A stretch of 64,000 nt of DNA from a bacterium (GTDB lineage: Bacteria > Patescibacteriota > Patescibacteriia > UBA1558 > UBA10009). The DNA is taken from NCBI GenBank assembly GCA_018672055.1, contig JABHGM010000001.1:736977-800976 (forward strand), read 5' to 3'. A program made the translations under genes and the position numbers. This document shows positions 34,096 to 43,589 of this stretch, one piece after another (positions within the stretch are counted from its first letter, which is position 1; each line of letters opens with the position of its first letter). The notes beneath the pieces were generated by a model. That model was given only the letters and a program-made list of their open reading frames with translations, made no database searches and was not told the DNA's origin.

Positions 34096-36885
34096 ATGAG
34101 AAATCTTTTTGTCTTACTCATAGTTAATATTGGCCTGATGTTTGGAACAGAATGGTATGTAGATGTAAATGCCTCTAGCAGTACTGAGGTCGGTACTGAA
34201 GAAAATCCATTTCTTACAATTCAAGATGGACTTGACGCATGTTCTGCTGATGATGAAGTCTCTGTTTCCGATGGTACTTACGATGAAAATCTAGCATGGC
34301 CATCTGTTGATGGAATTCAATTAATTGGTAACCCATCGGATGCTAGCGCTGTAATAATTGACGGTGATCTAGGGCATAATAGTGTTATTCAATTTAATTT
34401 TGAATCTGCAGGAACTATTACTAATTCAACATTATTAGATGGATTTACATTAATTAATGGTTTTGGTGTTCAAGGTGCTCAATCCGGAAATGGACATTAT
34501 TACTATGGTGCTGGAGTATATATAAAATATGCAAATCCAGTATTAAATCATATTAATATGAGTGACACAGACACTACTACTGAACCTGCTGACAGAATAT
34601 ATGGTGGTATATATTGTTTGAATTCTACTGTTGTAATAAATAACTTAGAGTCTTCAAATAATGGCGGTATAGTACAACATCATAATGGAACTACACTGTA
34701 TGCTGATAATTCCAACGTAACTATGTCTGATGTTATAATGACAGATAACTTTGGCTACTATGATATTAAAGGAACAGATGGTTCAAACATTACTTTAATT
34801 AATATTGAAGGAACTAATCACTCCAATACTTATAGTACTTCTGTAATAAATATCTATGATGAATCTAGTCTTAATATTACTTCTGGTTCATTCCATGACA
34901 ATGATTTTATAAATAATTCTAGTTCAGTTATAAGCTCATACAACTCTGATTTTACTCTTACTGATGTATTGATAGAAGATAATACTTGTGCTCCAGGTTA
35001 TGATTGTAGCGTCATTCAGGTGAATGATAATGATGAAATCGAAAGAACACAAAATCTTGTTAATGTTAATATAAAAAATAGTGATAACTTTGAATTTCTT
35101 ATGTGGATTGATGCTGATGAAGTAAATATAACAAACTGTGAAATAACTGAAAATGATATGACAATTGCTGCAATAATTTCTATATCTATAAACACGCTGA
35201 ATATTGTTAATTCTACTATAGCAGGTAATAATTCTGGTTATGGAATATACCAAACGTCTGGAGGAACTATTACATTAACTAACTCAATACTTGATAATAT
35301 TAATAGTGGTTATGAAATTAAGCTTAGAAATTTCGATGACCCATTGAGCATATTAATTGCTGATTACAATCTAGTAGAAAATGGTGAATTAGCTATTGAA
35401 ACATGGGGAGATTCTTGGGCAACTGAACCGGTGACTTCCTGGGGAAGTCATAATATTGAAGATGAAGGTCCTGAATTTGTTGGATATTTAACTGGTAACT
35501 ATGATTTAACTCCAGAATCACCTTGCATTGATACAGCAGATCCTAATCTTGATGGCGATGCTTTTGCCTGGAATGAGGATGAAGATGATCAAGATCCAGA
35601 TGGTACAAGAATGGATATGGGTAGTAATTACCTTCATCAAGATTTCCAAGAAATAACTTCCATAGTTGATGCTCCTGGAACTCCAAATGATGAAGTAGTT
35701 ATTAATTGGAATAAACATTCAAGTGATCAAGTATCCTATCCAGGTGTTCATCACTACACTGTTTGGAGATATCTGCCAGATGGTAGAGGCTGGGATGAAT
35801 TAGATGATACTAATGCTTCTGGCTCTACTTCATACTCAGATTTTGCTCCAACATTCTATGATCCTGCAGTTGGTAATGACTTTACTCTTTATAAAGTACT
35901 TGCTTACAGATATGAATCTGGTTGGCCTTTCTGGGAGAGTGAAACTATGTATGGTACATCAGATGGTGCAAAAGGTGATATTGATTTTAATCAAGCTGTT
36001 GATGTAGTAGATCTGGTAATGATGGTTGCATTTATCCTAGAAACAAATACTCCTAATAATTATGAAGCATGGGCTGGTGACTTGAATGATGATGATGCAA
36101 TTGATGTTCTTGATATTGTAATGGCTGTTACGCTAATTCTAGATGAAACCATGATTGAAGATGATGGTGGATCTACTATTGTTGAAAGAATCATTAAACC
36201 AAAGAGTGGTAATCCTCCATATGAAATGCAAGTTAATATGACAACTACAGCTGTAGTTCCCGGTATTCAACAAGAGATACAAATTGATGCTGGTTACAAA
36301 GCAACAGCAGTTTATGCTGGAAGCTATGCAACATCTGCAGATATGGTACTCGCCTATTCATTATCAACTGATGGTTACACTGTTAAATATTTGTACTATG
36401 GTCCAGATGGAGAAGAATTTCCAATTGGTAATGGTAGAATATTGAATATTGATTTAATCTATGAAGGAGTAAGTAGGAATAACTTTATTCTAATCGATTC
36501 AGAAACTACTTCTGAGCTACTTGTAGCTGGTCGTGGTGGTCATGAAAAAGAAAGTTATGAAGTACCTCATGATGAATTTGTTAGGTTAGTTAATGAACAG
36601 GAATTAAGTATTATCACTCCTAATAAATATACACTGTTTCCTGCCTATCCTAATCCATTTAATCCAGAAACTACTATTTCCTATCAATTACCTCAAAATG
36701 ATGAGGTTAGCGTAATAATTTACGATATGATGGGAAGAGAAGTTACTGAATTAGTTAATGGACATCAAGTATCTGGATATCATCAGATACAATGGAATGC
36801 AAAGAATATATCATCTGGTATATACTTTGTTAAAATGATTGCTGGTAACAATATCAGTAATCAAAAAATTATCTTATTAAAATAA
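34096..36885 (+). CDS. Large secreted right-handed beta-helix (pectate-lyase-fold-like) protein with two dockerin-like Ca-binding repeats and a T9SS-type C-terminal sorting (Por_Secre_tail-like) domain.
   Basis: Signal peptide. Repetitive N/T/G-rich beta-helix segments. GDIDFNQAVDVVDLVMMVAF and GDLNDDDAIDVLDIVMAVTL (dockerin repeats). C-terminal NPFNPETTISYQLPQ...SGIYFVKMIAG... Confidence 0.55.
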   Translation: MRNLFVLLIVNIGLMFGTEWYVDVNASSSTEVGTEENPFLTIQDGLDACSADDEVSVSDGTYDENLAWPSVDGIQLIGNPSDASAVIIDGDLGHNSVIQFNFESAGTITNSTLLDGFTLINGFGVQGAQSGNGHYYYGAGVYIKYANPVLNHINMSDTDTTTEPADRIYGGIYCLNSTVVINNLESSNNGGIVQHHNGTTLYADNSNVTMSDVIMTDNFGYYDIKGTDGSNITLINIEGTNHSNTYSTSVINIYDESSLNITSGSFHDNDFINNSSSVISSYNSDFTLTDVLIEDNTCAPGYDCSVIQVNDNDEIERTQNLVNVNIKNSDNFEFLMWIDADEVNITNCEITENDMTIAAIISISINTLNIVNSTIAGNNSGYGIYQTSGGTITLTNSILDNINSGYEIKLRNFDDPLSILIADYNLVENGELAIETWGDSWATEPVTSWGSHNIEDEGPEFVGYLTGNYDLTPESPCIDTADPNLDGDAFAWNEDEDDQDPDGTRMDMGSNYLHQDFQEITSIVDAPGTPNDEVVINWNKHSSDQVSYPGVHHYTVWRYLPDGRGWDELDDTNASGSTSYSDFAPTFYDPAVGNDFTLYKVLAYRYESGWPFWESETMYGTSDGAKGDIDFNQAVDVVDLVMMVAFILETNTPNNYEAWAGDLNDDDAIDVLDIVMAVTLILDETMIEDDGGSTIVERIIKPKSGNPPYEMQVNMTTTAVVPGIQQEIQIDAGYKATAVYAGSYATSADMVLAYSLSTDGYTVKYLYYGPDGEEFPIGNGRILNIDLIYEGVSRNNFILIDSETTSELLVAGRGGHEKESYEVPHDEFVRLVNEQELSIITPNKYTLFPAYPNPFNPETTISYQLPQNDEVSVIIYDMMGREVTELVNGHQVSGYHQIQWNAKNISSGIYFVKMIAGNNISNQKIILLK

Positions 36886-36907
36886 GATAAAATGTCTTTT
36901 TAAAGAC

Positions 36908-36940
36908 AAAAAGCCTTAGGTAAACCTAAGGCTTTTTTAT
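36908..36940. terminator. Bidirectional intrinsic terminator.
   Basis: AAGCCTTAGGTaaACCTAAGGCTTTTTT. Confidence 0.55.
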
Positions 36941-36949
36941 ATACTATTC

Positions 36950-37987
36950 TTAATTTCCTAAGTTTCTAAATAATGGTAAACCAGTTGAAGGGCTAGTTGG
37001 AATATATATTGTACCTTCCCTATCTTTAAGCTCTCTAATGTATAAGTAGTAAAGGTAATTCTGAGATAAGCTTTGATTAATAATAGACTGAGCATCTCTT
37101 TGTCCTTCAGCTTCAATTACTTTTCTCTGCTTTTCTTTTTCTTCTTTAGTTAACAAGAAATCATATTTTTCTGCTTCTTGCTCTGCTTGTAATTTTTCTT
37201 GAATTGAATTAGCTAAATTAGAAGGTAAAACTACATTTCTAAGTAAAACTTCTTCAATGACAATGCCTCTTGGTTCTAAATCCTCTCTTAAACTGTCTTG
37301 TATCTGTATAGTAGCCTCTTGTCTTTTTTCTGAATAAATATCTTTAGCTTCATACTTAGCAATTACTTCTCGAATTACACTTCTAATTGATGGTCTAATT
37401 ATTTTTTCATCATAGGTCAAGCCTACATTTTTATAAATATCAGACGCCTGTTCTTCGTTTAAACGATATAAAACAGTCATATCCAGATCAACACTTAAAC
37501 CTTCTTTAGTAAGCGCAGTAATAGCATCAGCGCCTTTTTTATTACCTTCATCAGAGATAATACTCATAGTGTATTCTTCTGTTCTAATAGTCATCTTAGT
37601 TACTTTAGCTAATGGAATAACTAAATGAAAACCCGATCTTAACTCTTGATCTTTTACTCTACCAAATAAAGAATAAACACCAGTTTCACCAGCATCTACA
37701 ACAATAATTGAAGCAAAAAACAACCAAATAATTAAAACTGAACCAACGCCAACTAAAACATTCTTTTTTATATTTTTATTTGTTTTTAGATTGTCCATGT
37801 CTATTACATTATCCATAGATTTATTTAAGTTAAGTTTATTATGTTTTTTTATATAAAATATTAAAATGATAACAACAATAACAATTAAAAGACCCGGACT
37901 ATTTTTAAATACGGGCATTAACATTATAGCTAAGAATATTAGTAAAGGTATGTTCTTTTTTATTTTATCTTCCATATTATAATTCAC
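36950..37987 (-). CDS. SPFH/band-7 (HflC/K-like) membrane protein.
   Basis: N-terminal TMs, then an SPFH core (FGRVKDQELRSGFHLVIPLAKV...). C-terminal coiled coil EKLQAEQEAEK. Confidence 0.6.
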   Translation of the reverse strand: MNYNMEDKIKKNIPLLIFLAIMLMPVFKNSPGLLIVIVVIILIFYIKKHNKLNLNKSMDNVIDMDNLKTNKNIKKNVLVGVGSVLIIWLFFASIIVVDAGETGVYSLFGRVKDQELRSGFHLVIPLAKVTKMTIRTEEYTMSIISDEGNKKGADAITALTKEGLSVDLDMTVLYRLNEEQASDIYKNVGLTYDEKIIRPSIRSVIREVIAKYEAKDIYSEKRQEATIQIQDSLREDLEPRGIVIEEVLLRNVVLPSNLANSIQEKLQAEQEAEKYDFLLTKEEKEKQRKVIEAEGQRDAQSIINQSLSQNYLYYLYIRELKDREGTIYIPTSPSTGLPLFRNLGN

Positions 37988-39203
37988 CTAAAACTACTTT
38001 AATCTCTATTTCTTCACCGCTTCTCAATATTAGTAAAGTTAACTCTTGACCAGGTGTATATTCCTGAACAAGCTTAGTTAATGAATTCCTCTCATCAATT
38101 TCTTCATCATTTACTTTAAGTATTATATCCCCTGCTTCTAAACCAGCTTCTTCTGCTGGACTACCAATTAAAACAGATAATATATCTTCTGAAGCATTAC
38201 CAAGTAAAACAGCGCCTTTTAACTTACCTTCGGTAATACTTTCATCTAAACCAAGTGTTTCTGACAAATCAACGTAAGTAACACCTAAACTACTTCTAAA
38301 TATTTCAGAACTGTTAGTTAAAAAATTATCAACAGCTGATTCTAAATAATATGCAGGAATAGCCAATCTTAATTCAGAACGTCCTGAATTAAAAATTAAA
38401 CCAACTATTTCAACCTGATCATTAACTACTAAAGCACCATTATATACTTCTTCAAAATCTTTATCTAATTTTAAGTAATGATCAATACTTTCAGTAGTAA
38501 GTAAGAAATAATCAGCTACAGATTGATCATGATAGAAAGATTTTTGAATACTTGTTTTTATAATATCACTTCCATGATTCTGAGCACTAAACCTAGAAAC
38601 AAGCAATGATTTAGTAGGTTGCAGAGAATCAAGATCTGCAAATTTAACAGGTTTTAAATTAGTAGCTGAAACCTGGATTAAAACAACTCCACTAAATTCA
38701 TCATGAACTATACTAATTGGCTCTAAAACTTTCTTATCATCAGTAATAATAACATAATCAGTATCACCAATAACACTTGAATGAGTTAAAATCCAACCAT
38801 CTGATGTCAAAATCATACCACTTCCTAAGAAATCTTTTTCTAAATATATTGAACCCAAAATATCATCAGCTACTCTTTTATCATAAATACCAACTATTTG
38901 ACTTTTAAGTTCAGATAAAACTTGAGTAAATGAATCATCTTCTTTTTTAAGTAAAAAATTAAGATCAATAACCTCTGATTCTGGATCTTTAGTATCTTCT
39001 AAAACAACAGGAGTATATTCATCAAACCAAATATCATGCACAAAACCAGCTAGAAAACCAGCTAACGTTGATAATATTAAAAATAGAATTAATATCTTAT
39101 TTGGAACTTTCTGCTCTTGCAATGGTCTAACCATTTTTTGAGAATATAAGTCCTTAATTATATCCTTTTTAGGAACTTTTTTTTGTGTTGTTTTTTCTTT
39201 CAT
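37977..39203 (-). CDS. HtrA/DegP-like trypsin-fold protein with a C-terminal PDZ domain. The canonical GNSGG serine motif appears degenerate.
   Basis: TM anchor, His-containing LTHSSVIGD, Asp region ITDDKK. The motif reads YNGALVVND instead of GNSGGPLVN. PDZ domain (GAVLLGNASE...EAGDIILKVNDEEI). Confidence 0.45.
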   Translation of the reverse strand: MKEKTTQKKVPKKDIIKDLYSQKMVRPLQEQKVPNKILILFLILSTLAGFLAGFVHDIWFDEYTPVVLEDTKDPESEVIDLNFLLKKEDDSFTQVLSELKSQIVGIYDKRVADDILGSIYLEKDFLGSGMILTSDGWILTHSSVIGDTDYVIITDDKKVLEPISIVHDEFSGVVLIQVSATNLKPVKFADLDSLQPTKSLLVSRFSAQNHGSDIIKTSIQKSFYHDQSVADYFLLTTESIDHYLKLDKDFEEVYNGALVVNDQVEIVGLIFNSGRSELRLAIPAYYLESAVDNFLTNSSEIFRSSLGVTYVDLSETLGLDESITEGKLKGAVLLGNASEDILSVLIGSPAEEAGLEAGDIILKVNDEEIDERNSLTKLVQEYTPGQELTLLILRSGEEIEIKVVLGEL

Positions 39204-39266
39204 GAATATATTTTAAAGTGTATATATTATAATGTTTTTAGCTGAATTTATCAATGTGTATAAACA

Positions 39267-40031
39267 TTAAAACCATTGAGCTGTTATAAATAGTAATAGT
39301 AATATAAATAGGGATATAGCTATTATATTCTTAATATATTTTACTTGATATCTTTTACTAAAATGCCAAATAATTAATTCATCAAATATAAAATAAAATA
39401 TAGTAAAAATTATACCTTTAAAAAAATATACTTGAGGTAGTATAGTTAATCCCCAAAAAACTTGAGCCATTACTAAACTCATTATTAAACGATAATTAAA
39501 AGCTGATATTTTAAGCGACCAACTCTGCCAATTATGATACCAACTTAAAATAAACATCATGATAAAAAAGATTACTAAAGTAAGGTAAGGTGACAAATTA
39601 AAAAAGTCACGAAAACCAAAAAATATTGAAGTAACAAAAAATATTAAAAATAACTTAGCTTGTTTAATATATAACCACAATCTTTCTGATTCTTTTATTA
39701 TATTTTTAAAATATATTATGAATAACTCATTAAAAAAGATAAACAATAATACTAAGTTAGTTAAAACTAAACCTAATTTAAAATAAAAGTTTTCTAAAAA
39801 TAGAAAAAGTGTTAATACTGAATATGATATAAGTAAACTAAATAAAGAAAAATAAAATGTTTTTTTCTTATCTTTAACCTTGTCCATGATAAAAAACATA
39901 GTACCTAGAAAAACAAAGATAAAGAGTAATATATAAAGTAAAAATACCAAATCTTCTTTAAAGAATAATAAACTAATAAGCAAAGAAGATATTAGCGGTA
40001 TTAAATAAGATATTATTCTATAACCTAACAT
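39267..40031 (-). CDS. Polytopic integral membrane protein, unknown function.
   Basis: 254 aa, 7-8 hydrophobic segments. Confidence 0.45.
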   Translation of the reverse strand: MLGYRIISYLIPLISSLLISLLFFKEDLVFLLYILLFIFVFLGTMFFIMDKVKDKKKTFYFSLFSLLISYSVLTLFLFLENFYFKLGLVLTNLVLLFIFFNELFIIYFKNIIKESERLWLYIKQAKLFLIFFVTSIFFGFRDFFNLSPYLTLVIFFIMMFILSWYHNWQSWSLKISAFNYRLIMSLVMAQVFWGLTILPQVYFFKGIIFTIFYFIFDELIIWHFSKRYQVKYIKNIIAISLFILLLLFITAQWF

Positions 40032-40036
40032 TTTAA

Positions 40037-40426
40037 TTAAAAATTATTAATTATAAATAAAGATAACGTCGAAGCTAACCAAGAATAATCATCAACTATT
40101 TTTTTTAGTTTAGCTTGTTCAATACCTTGCTCATCAAGTGTAGTAATTAATTTAAGATGCAATTCTTGATATTTAAGTGGTACAGTTAATTCCATTAAAT
40201 CATCACCTATACTATCCAATGAATTATTTGGCTGACTATACTTTTGTATAAGCTTAGTTAAACTATTCTGATAATCATCTTCTAAAACTTTTTGTTTTAA
40301 ATCAATTCCACTTACAGAGTTACTATAAGGTAAGATGTTGAGTTCAGAAATAAGAGTAATGCCAGTTAACATCATAGCACACACTAAAAGAAAGATAGCT
40401 AAAAAAACTATTTTACTAATATTCAT
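40037..40426 (-). CDS. Small secreted/membrane-anchored hypothetical protein.
   Basis: 129-aa ORF with an N-terminal hydrophobic anchor. Confidence 0.4.
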   Translation of the reverse strand: MNISKIVFLAIFLLVCAMMLTGITLISELNILPYSNSVSGIDLKQKVLEDDYQNSLTKLIQKYSQPNNSLDSIGDDLMELTVPLKYQELHLKLITTLDEQGIEQAKLKKIVDDYSWLASTLSLFIINNF

Positions 40427-40447
40427 AAATTATATTATTTTTATATT

Positions 40448-40873
40448 TTAATTTACTTTAGGTTTAAACATAAGACCAAGTATTATACCAAGTATCATGT
40501 AGTTTATAAGGCTAGATATAAGCCATAGGACAACTAATTCTTCTGGTACAGCCATAGTTACAAAAGTCATAATTAAACCAGGTACAGCGCCAACTAACCA
40601 AATCCAAAAACCATATTGAATACCTTTTCCAACTCCGGAATCAGGTACTGATTTATAAAAAATAGTATAAACTAATGTAAATACTAAACCAACAATAATA
40701 TCAGCAATAAGTGATGTCATCCACCAATTACCTGTCATATCCTTCCAAAGTGATGGATCTGAAGCAGTATATAAACCGCCAAATAAATAACCTTCGATTG
40801 AATGTAAGATAAAGAAGGCAATGCCTACTAAGACACCTATTTGAAATATCTTACCTTGATTATTTTTTACCAT
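40448..40873 (-). CDS. Small integral membrane protein (4 TM).
   Basis: 141 aa, hydrophobic. Confidence 0.45.
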   Translation of the reverse strand: MVKNNQGKIFQIGVLVGIAFFILHSIEGYLFGGLYTASDPSLWKDMTGNWWMTSLIADIIVGLVFTLVYTIFYKSVPDSGVGKGIQYGFWIWLVGAVPGLIMTFVTMAVPEELVVLWLISSLINYMILGIILGLMFKPKVN

Positions 40874-40920
40874 AAAAAAACATTATTAATTATTAATTAT
40901 AATATCCTCATGCTAATATT

Positions 40921-41238
40921 TTATACAAATGAATCTGCACTTATCTCTTGCCAAATACTTCCCTCTTTCTTATATATCTTAAAAGTATGTGTTACTTCAT
41001 CTTCAGAATAAATATATTCTACACTAACATCACCACCAACACGATTTGAATAAGTAGTCTTTTTATCAAGTACTTTAGGACGTGTTATCCATTCTGTTTT
41101 CATTAAACCAAGAGGTCCATTAAATTCAATAGTTTCTATTTCTTGATGTCTTTCTTCATCTTTTTCGTACTTTTCATCAATAACACTAAAATCAGCTTTA
41201 ATCTTCTTTTTTAAATCATTATATCTATCCTCATGCAT
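40921..41238 (-). CDS. Hypothetical protein.
   Basis: 105-aa ORF, no family recognised. Confidence 0.4.
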   Translation of the reverse strand: MHEDRYNDLKKKIKADFSVIDEKYEKDEERHQEIETIEFNGPLGLMKTEWITRPKVLDKKTTYSNRVGGDVSVEYIYSEDEVTHTFKIYKKEGSIWQEISADSFV

Positions 41239-41324
41239 ATTAATAATATTATACCACTTATTTAAACACTTGTCTTATTAAAAAAACATATTATTTAAAA
41301 TATGTTTATTTATATAATTATATA

Positions 41325-42011
41325 TTAATTACCACCAAACGTTCTATTTCTACGTTTATATTCTTTAACAATACTATCTATTACTTTCTCAGTCATGGCT
41401 GGCCAACATGTTTTAATAAACATTAGTTCAGAATAAGCGCTATGCCATAATAAAAAGCCAGATAATCTCATTTCACCAGCTGTCCTAACAATCATATCAA
41501 CTTTAGATAAATTTGGGATATAAAAATAGTTAGATAATGATTTAGGAGTAACACTCTTTACTTTATTCTTAATTAATTTATTAATACCATCTGTTATTTC
41601 AAAATGTCCGCCATAGTTAACTGCTAAATTAATTATTAACTTATTATTATTTTTAGTTTTAAGTTCAGCATCTTTAATTAATTTTAAAACTTCTTTACTC
41701 ATTCCCTGTTCTCTACCTATTATTCTAAACTTAAAACCTTTTTCATGAATTTGATCTAAGTCATTTAGTAAACCTGTTTTTAATAAATTCATTAGATAAG
41801 AAACTTCCTTTTTACTACGATTCCAATTCTCAGTAGAAAAAGCAAAAAAAGTCACTTCTTTAATCTGATGCTTATAACACCAATCAGCAACTTTAAAAAC
41901 CCTATCATAACCTTTCTTATGACCTATTAAAGTAGGTAAACCTCTTTTTATAGCCCATCTTCTATTACCATCCATTATAAAGGCTAAATGATTTAATTTA
42001 TTCTTAGACAT
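41325..42011 (-). CDS. uppS: Undecaprenyl-diphosphate synthase (cis-isoprenyl transferase).
   Basis: HLAFIMDGNRRWA and FSTENW motifs. C-terminal ...RTFGG. Confidence 0.85.
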   Translation of the reverse strand: MSKNKLNHLAFIMDGNRRWAIKRGLPTLIGHKKGYDRVFKVADWCYKHQIKEVTFFAFSTENWNRSKKEVSYLMNLLKTGLLNDLDQIHEKGFKFRIIGREQGMSKEVLKLIKDAELKTKNNNKLIINLAVNYGGHFEITDGINKLIKNKVKSVTPKSLSNYFYIPNLSKVDMIVRTAGEMRLSGFLLWHSAYSELMFIKTCWPAMTEKVIDSIVKEYKRRNRTFGGN

Positions 42012-42164
42012 AATTGATATATATTATATCACTTATTTACTAATAATAAAACAGTCTTAAATAATGATACTTATAACAGGTATTGACAAAATATACTATA
42101 TATGCTATACTATATAGTATAATAAAAATAGAAATAATAATAGCACTTAAACAAGGAGACTATC

Positions 42165-42563
42165 ATGAAAATGATATATGCTTTAATACCTCTACTATTA
42201 ATTGCTTTAATATTAATAGTAAATATAGAACCTCAAGGAATGCCAAGAGAGAATGAAGAAGGCATTATTATTCAATGCATCCCAGAGCTGTTAAGTTATA
42301 TTAACGATCCGCTAGTCCATGAAATATATGCAACTCACCCTGAAACTAAATCAATGTTAACAATTCGCATTGATAATGAATTTGATGAATATAGAGTTAA
42401 TGACTGGGAAAAGATTAATGCTCTTGTTCAAAGAATCATGATAAGTTACAGCTTAAGAAGAGTTCCAATTCTACCAGAAGGAATAAAAGTCCTTACAGCT
42501 GATATAGGATCAGCAAAGGACATATTCCCAGATGTATATTTAGCTGATATGTCAGCTCAATAA
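42165..42563 (+). CDS. Small secreted hypothetical protein.
   Basis: Signal-peptide-like N-terminus. RBS AAGGAGA. GC-rich terminator downstream. Confidence 0.4.
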   Translation: MKMIYALIPLLLIALILIVNIEPQGMPRENEEGIIIQCIPELLSYINDPLVHEIYATHPETKSMLTIRIDNEFDEYRVNDWEKINALVQRIMISYSLRRVPILPEGIKVLTADIGSAKDIFPDVYLADMSAQ

Positions 42564-42581
42564 CTCCAAACCCTACTCTAA

Positions 42582-42608
42582 AAGCCGGACGCTCACGCGA
42601 CGGCTTTT
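42582..42608 (+). terminator. GC-rich intrinsic terminator.
   Basis: AGCCGGACGCtcacGCGACGGCTTTT. Confidence 0.5.
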
Positions 42609-42618
42609 AACTTTAAAT

Positions 42619-42646
42619 AAAAAATCCCTCGAATTTCAAGGGATTT
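42619..42646 (-). terminator. Intrinsic terminator for the convergent 42658..43095 gene.
   Basis: AAATCCCTTGAAATTCGAGGGATTTTTT on the minus strand. Confidence 0.5.
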
Positions 42647-42657
42647 AAGATAAAATG

Positions 42658-43095
42658 TTATCTACATAGATCCGAACTCTTATATTTCATTTTATGTAAA
42701 ATGCTATCTTTTTGCATAATAATAAACTCTCTTAAGTGACGAATCTCTGAAAATGCTTTATTTATATCTTCTATTTGAGAAGCTCGAATTGCAATATTAT
42801 AAATGAAAATACTTTTTAAATCATTAAGCTTATTTATAGCAGAGTCAAAGCGAGCCAACTCAAGATTTATTATAATTGAATTCAAGTAATTTGAATAAGG
42901 TTCAATTAATTTAGCAAGCTCGACTTGTTTAGAATCAGCTGAGTTTAGATTTTCAATCAATTGTTCAATCAATGAATATGCATGAGAACGACCCTCTGCT
43001 TTACAATTACGAAGTATCGTATCAATAACTTTAATCATCTTTTTCTCTAAAGCTACAATCTTATCATATGCCACAGAATCAAAATCTTTTGCCAT
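42658..43095 (-). CDS. Hypothetical protein.
   Basis: 145-aa ORF with a clear terminator. No family recognised. Confidence 0.4.
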   Translation of the reverse strand: MAKDFDSVAYDKIVALEKKMIKVIDTILRNCKAEGRSHAYSLIEQLIENLNSADSKQVELAKLIEPYSNYLNSIIINLELARFDSAINKLNDLKSIFIYNIAIRASQIEDINKAFSEIRHLREFIIMQKDSILHKMKYKSSDLCR

Positions 43096-43242
43096 TGTTA
43101 TCTCCTTTTTTTAAATATCAATAACATAAATATATTTGCACATATATTAAATAAAGTCAATACTATCTACTCCTTACTCATTGACAAATATATTAAATTA
43201 ATGTATTACTAATGTGGTACTTTAAAAGTAAGGAGGCCTCAA

Positions 43243-43560
43243 ATGAATAAAATAATATATATTGCTTTTCTTGGATTTATTTGTAGTGCTATACTCTTAA
43301 ACGTAGGAAATAGACCTATTCAAACTACCTCAAAAGGATTAGAAGTACAATATATAAATAAAGTATTTACCAATCCTTTTGATCCAAAAATCAAATATAT
43401 AATCGTTTATTTAGAAAATGAATCTGCTTCAACTAACTGGCAGATTGAATTCAATCAAAATAACTATCATCATAGTGATAGTGTAATAATTAATGATTGG
43501 GTTGATGGATTTTTTCTAGATAATATACCAGATTCAACTATAACTAAAACTCAACTATAA
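43243..43560 (+). CDS. Small secreted hypothetical protein.
   Basis: Signal peptide MNKIIYIAFLGFICSAILL. RBS AAGGAGG upstream. Confidence 0.4.
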   Translation: MNKIIYIAFLGFICSAILLNVGNRPIQTTSKGLEVQYINKVFTNPFDPKIKYIIVYLENESASTNWQIEFNQNNYHHSDSVIINDWVDGFFLDNIPDSTITKTQL

Positions 43561-43589
43561 CTAGTGTTGTTAAAACAACGCTAGTTTTT

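Noticed and set aside
34936-36007. Three short ORFs (34936..35253 minus, 35518..35718 minus, 35804..36007 plus) within the beta-helix protein gene
   Set aside because: Antisense or out-of-frame shadow ORFs inside a 929-aa CDS with clear domain signatures.
34096-36885. Taking the T9SS-like C-terminal domain as proof of Bacteroidota origin
   Set aside because: Por_Secre_tail-like domains occur in many uncultivated lineages, and the rest of the window gives no Bacteroidota-specific markers. I kept the lineage as unresolved.
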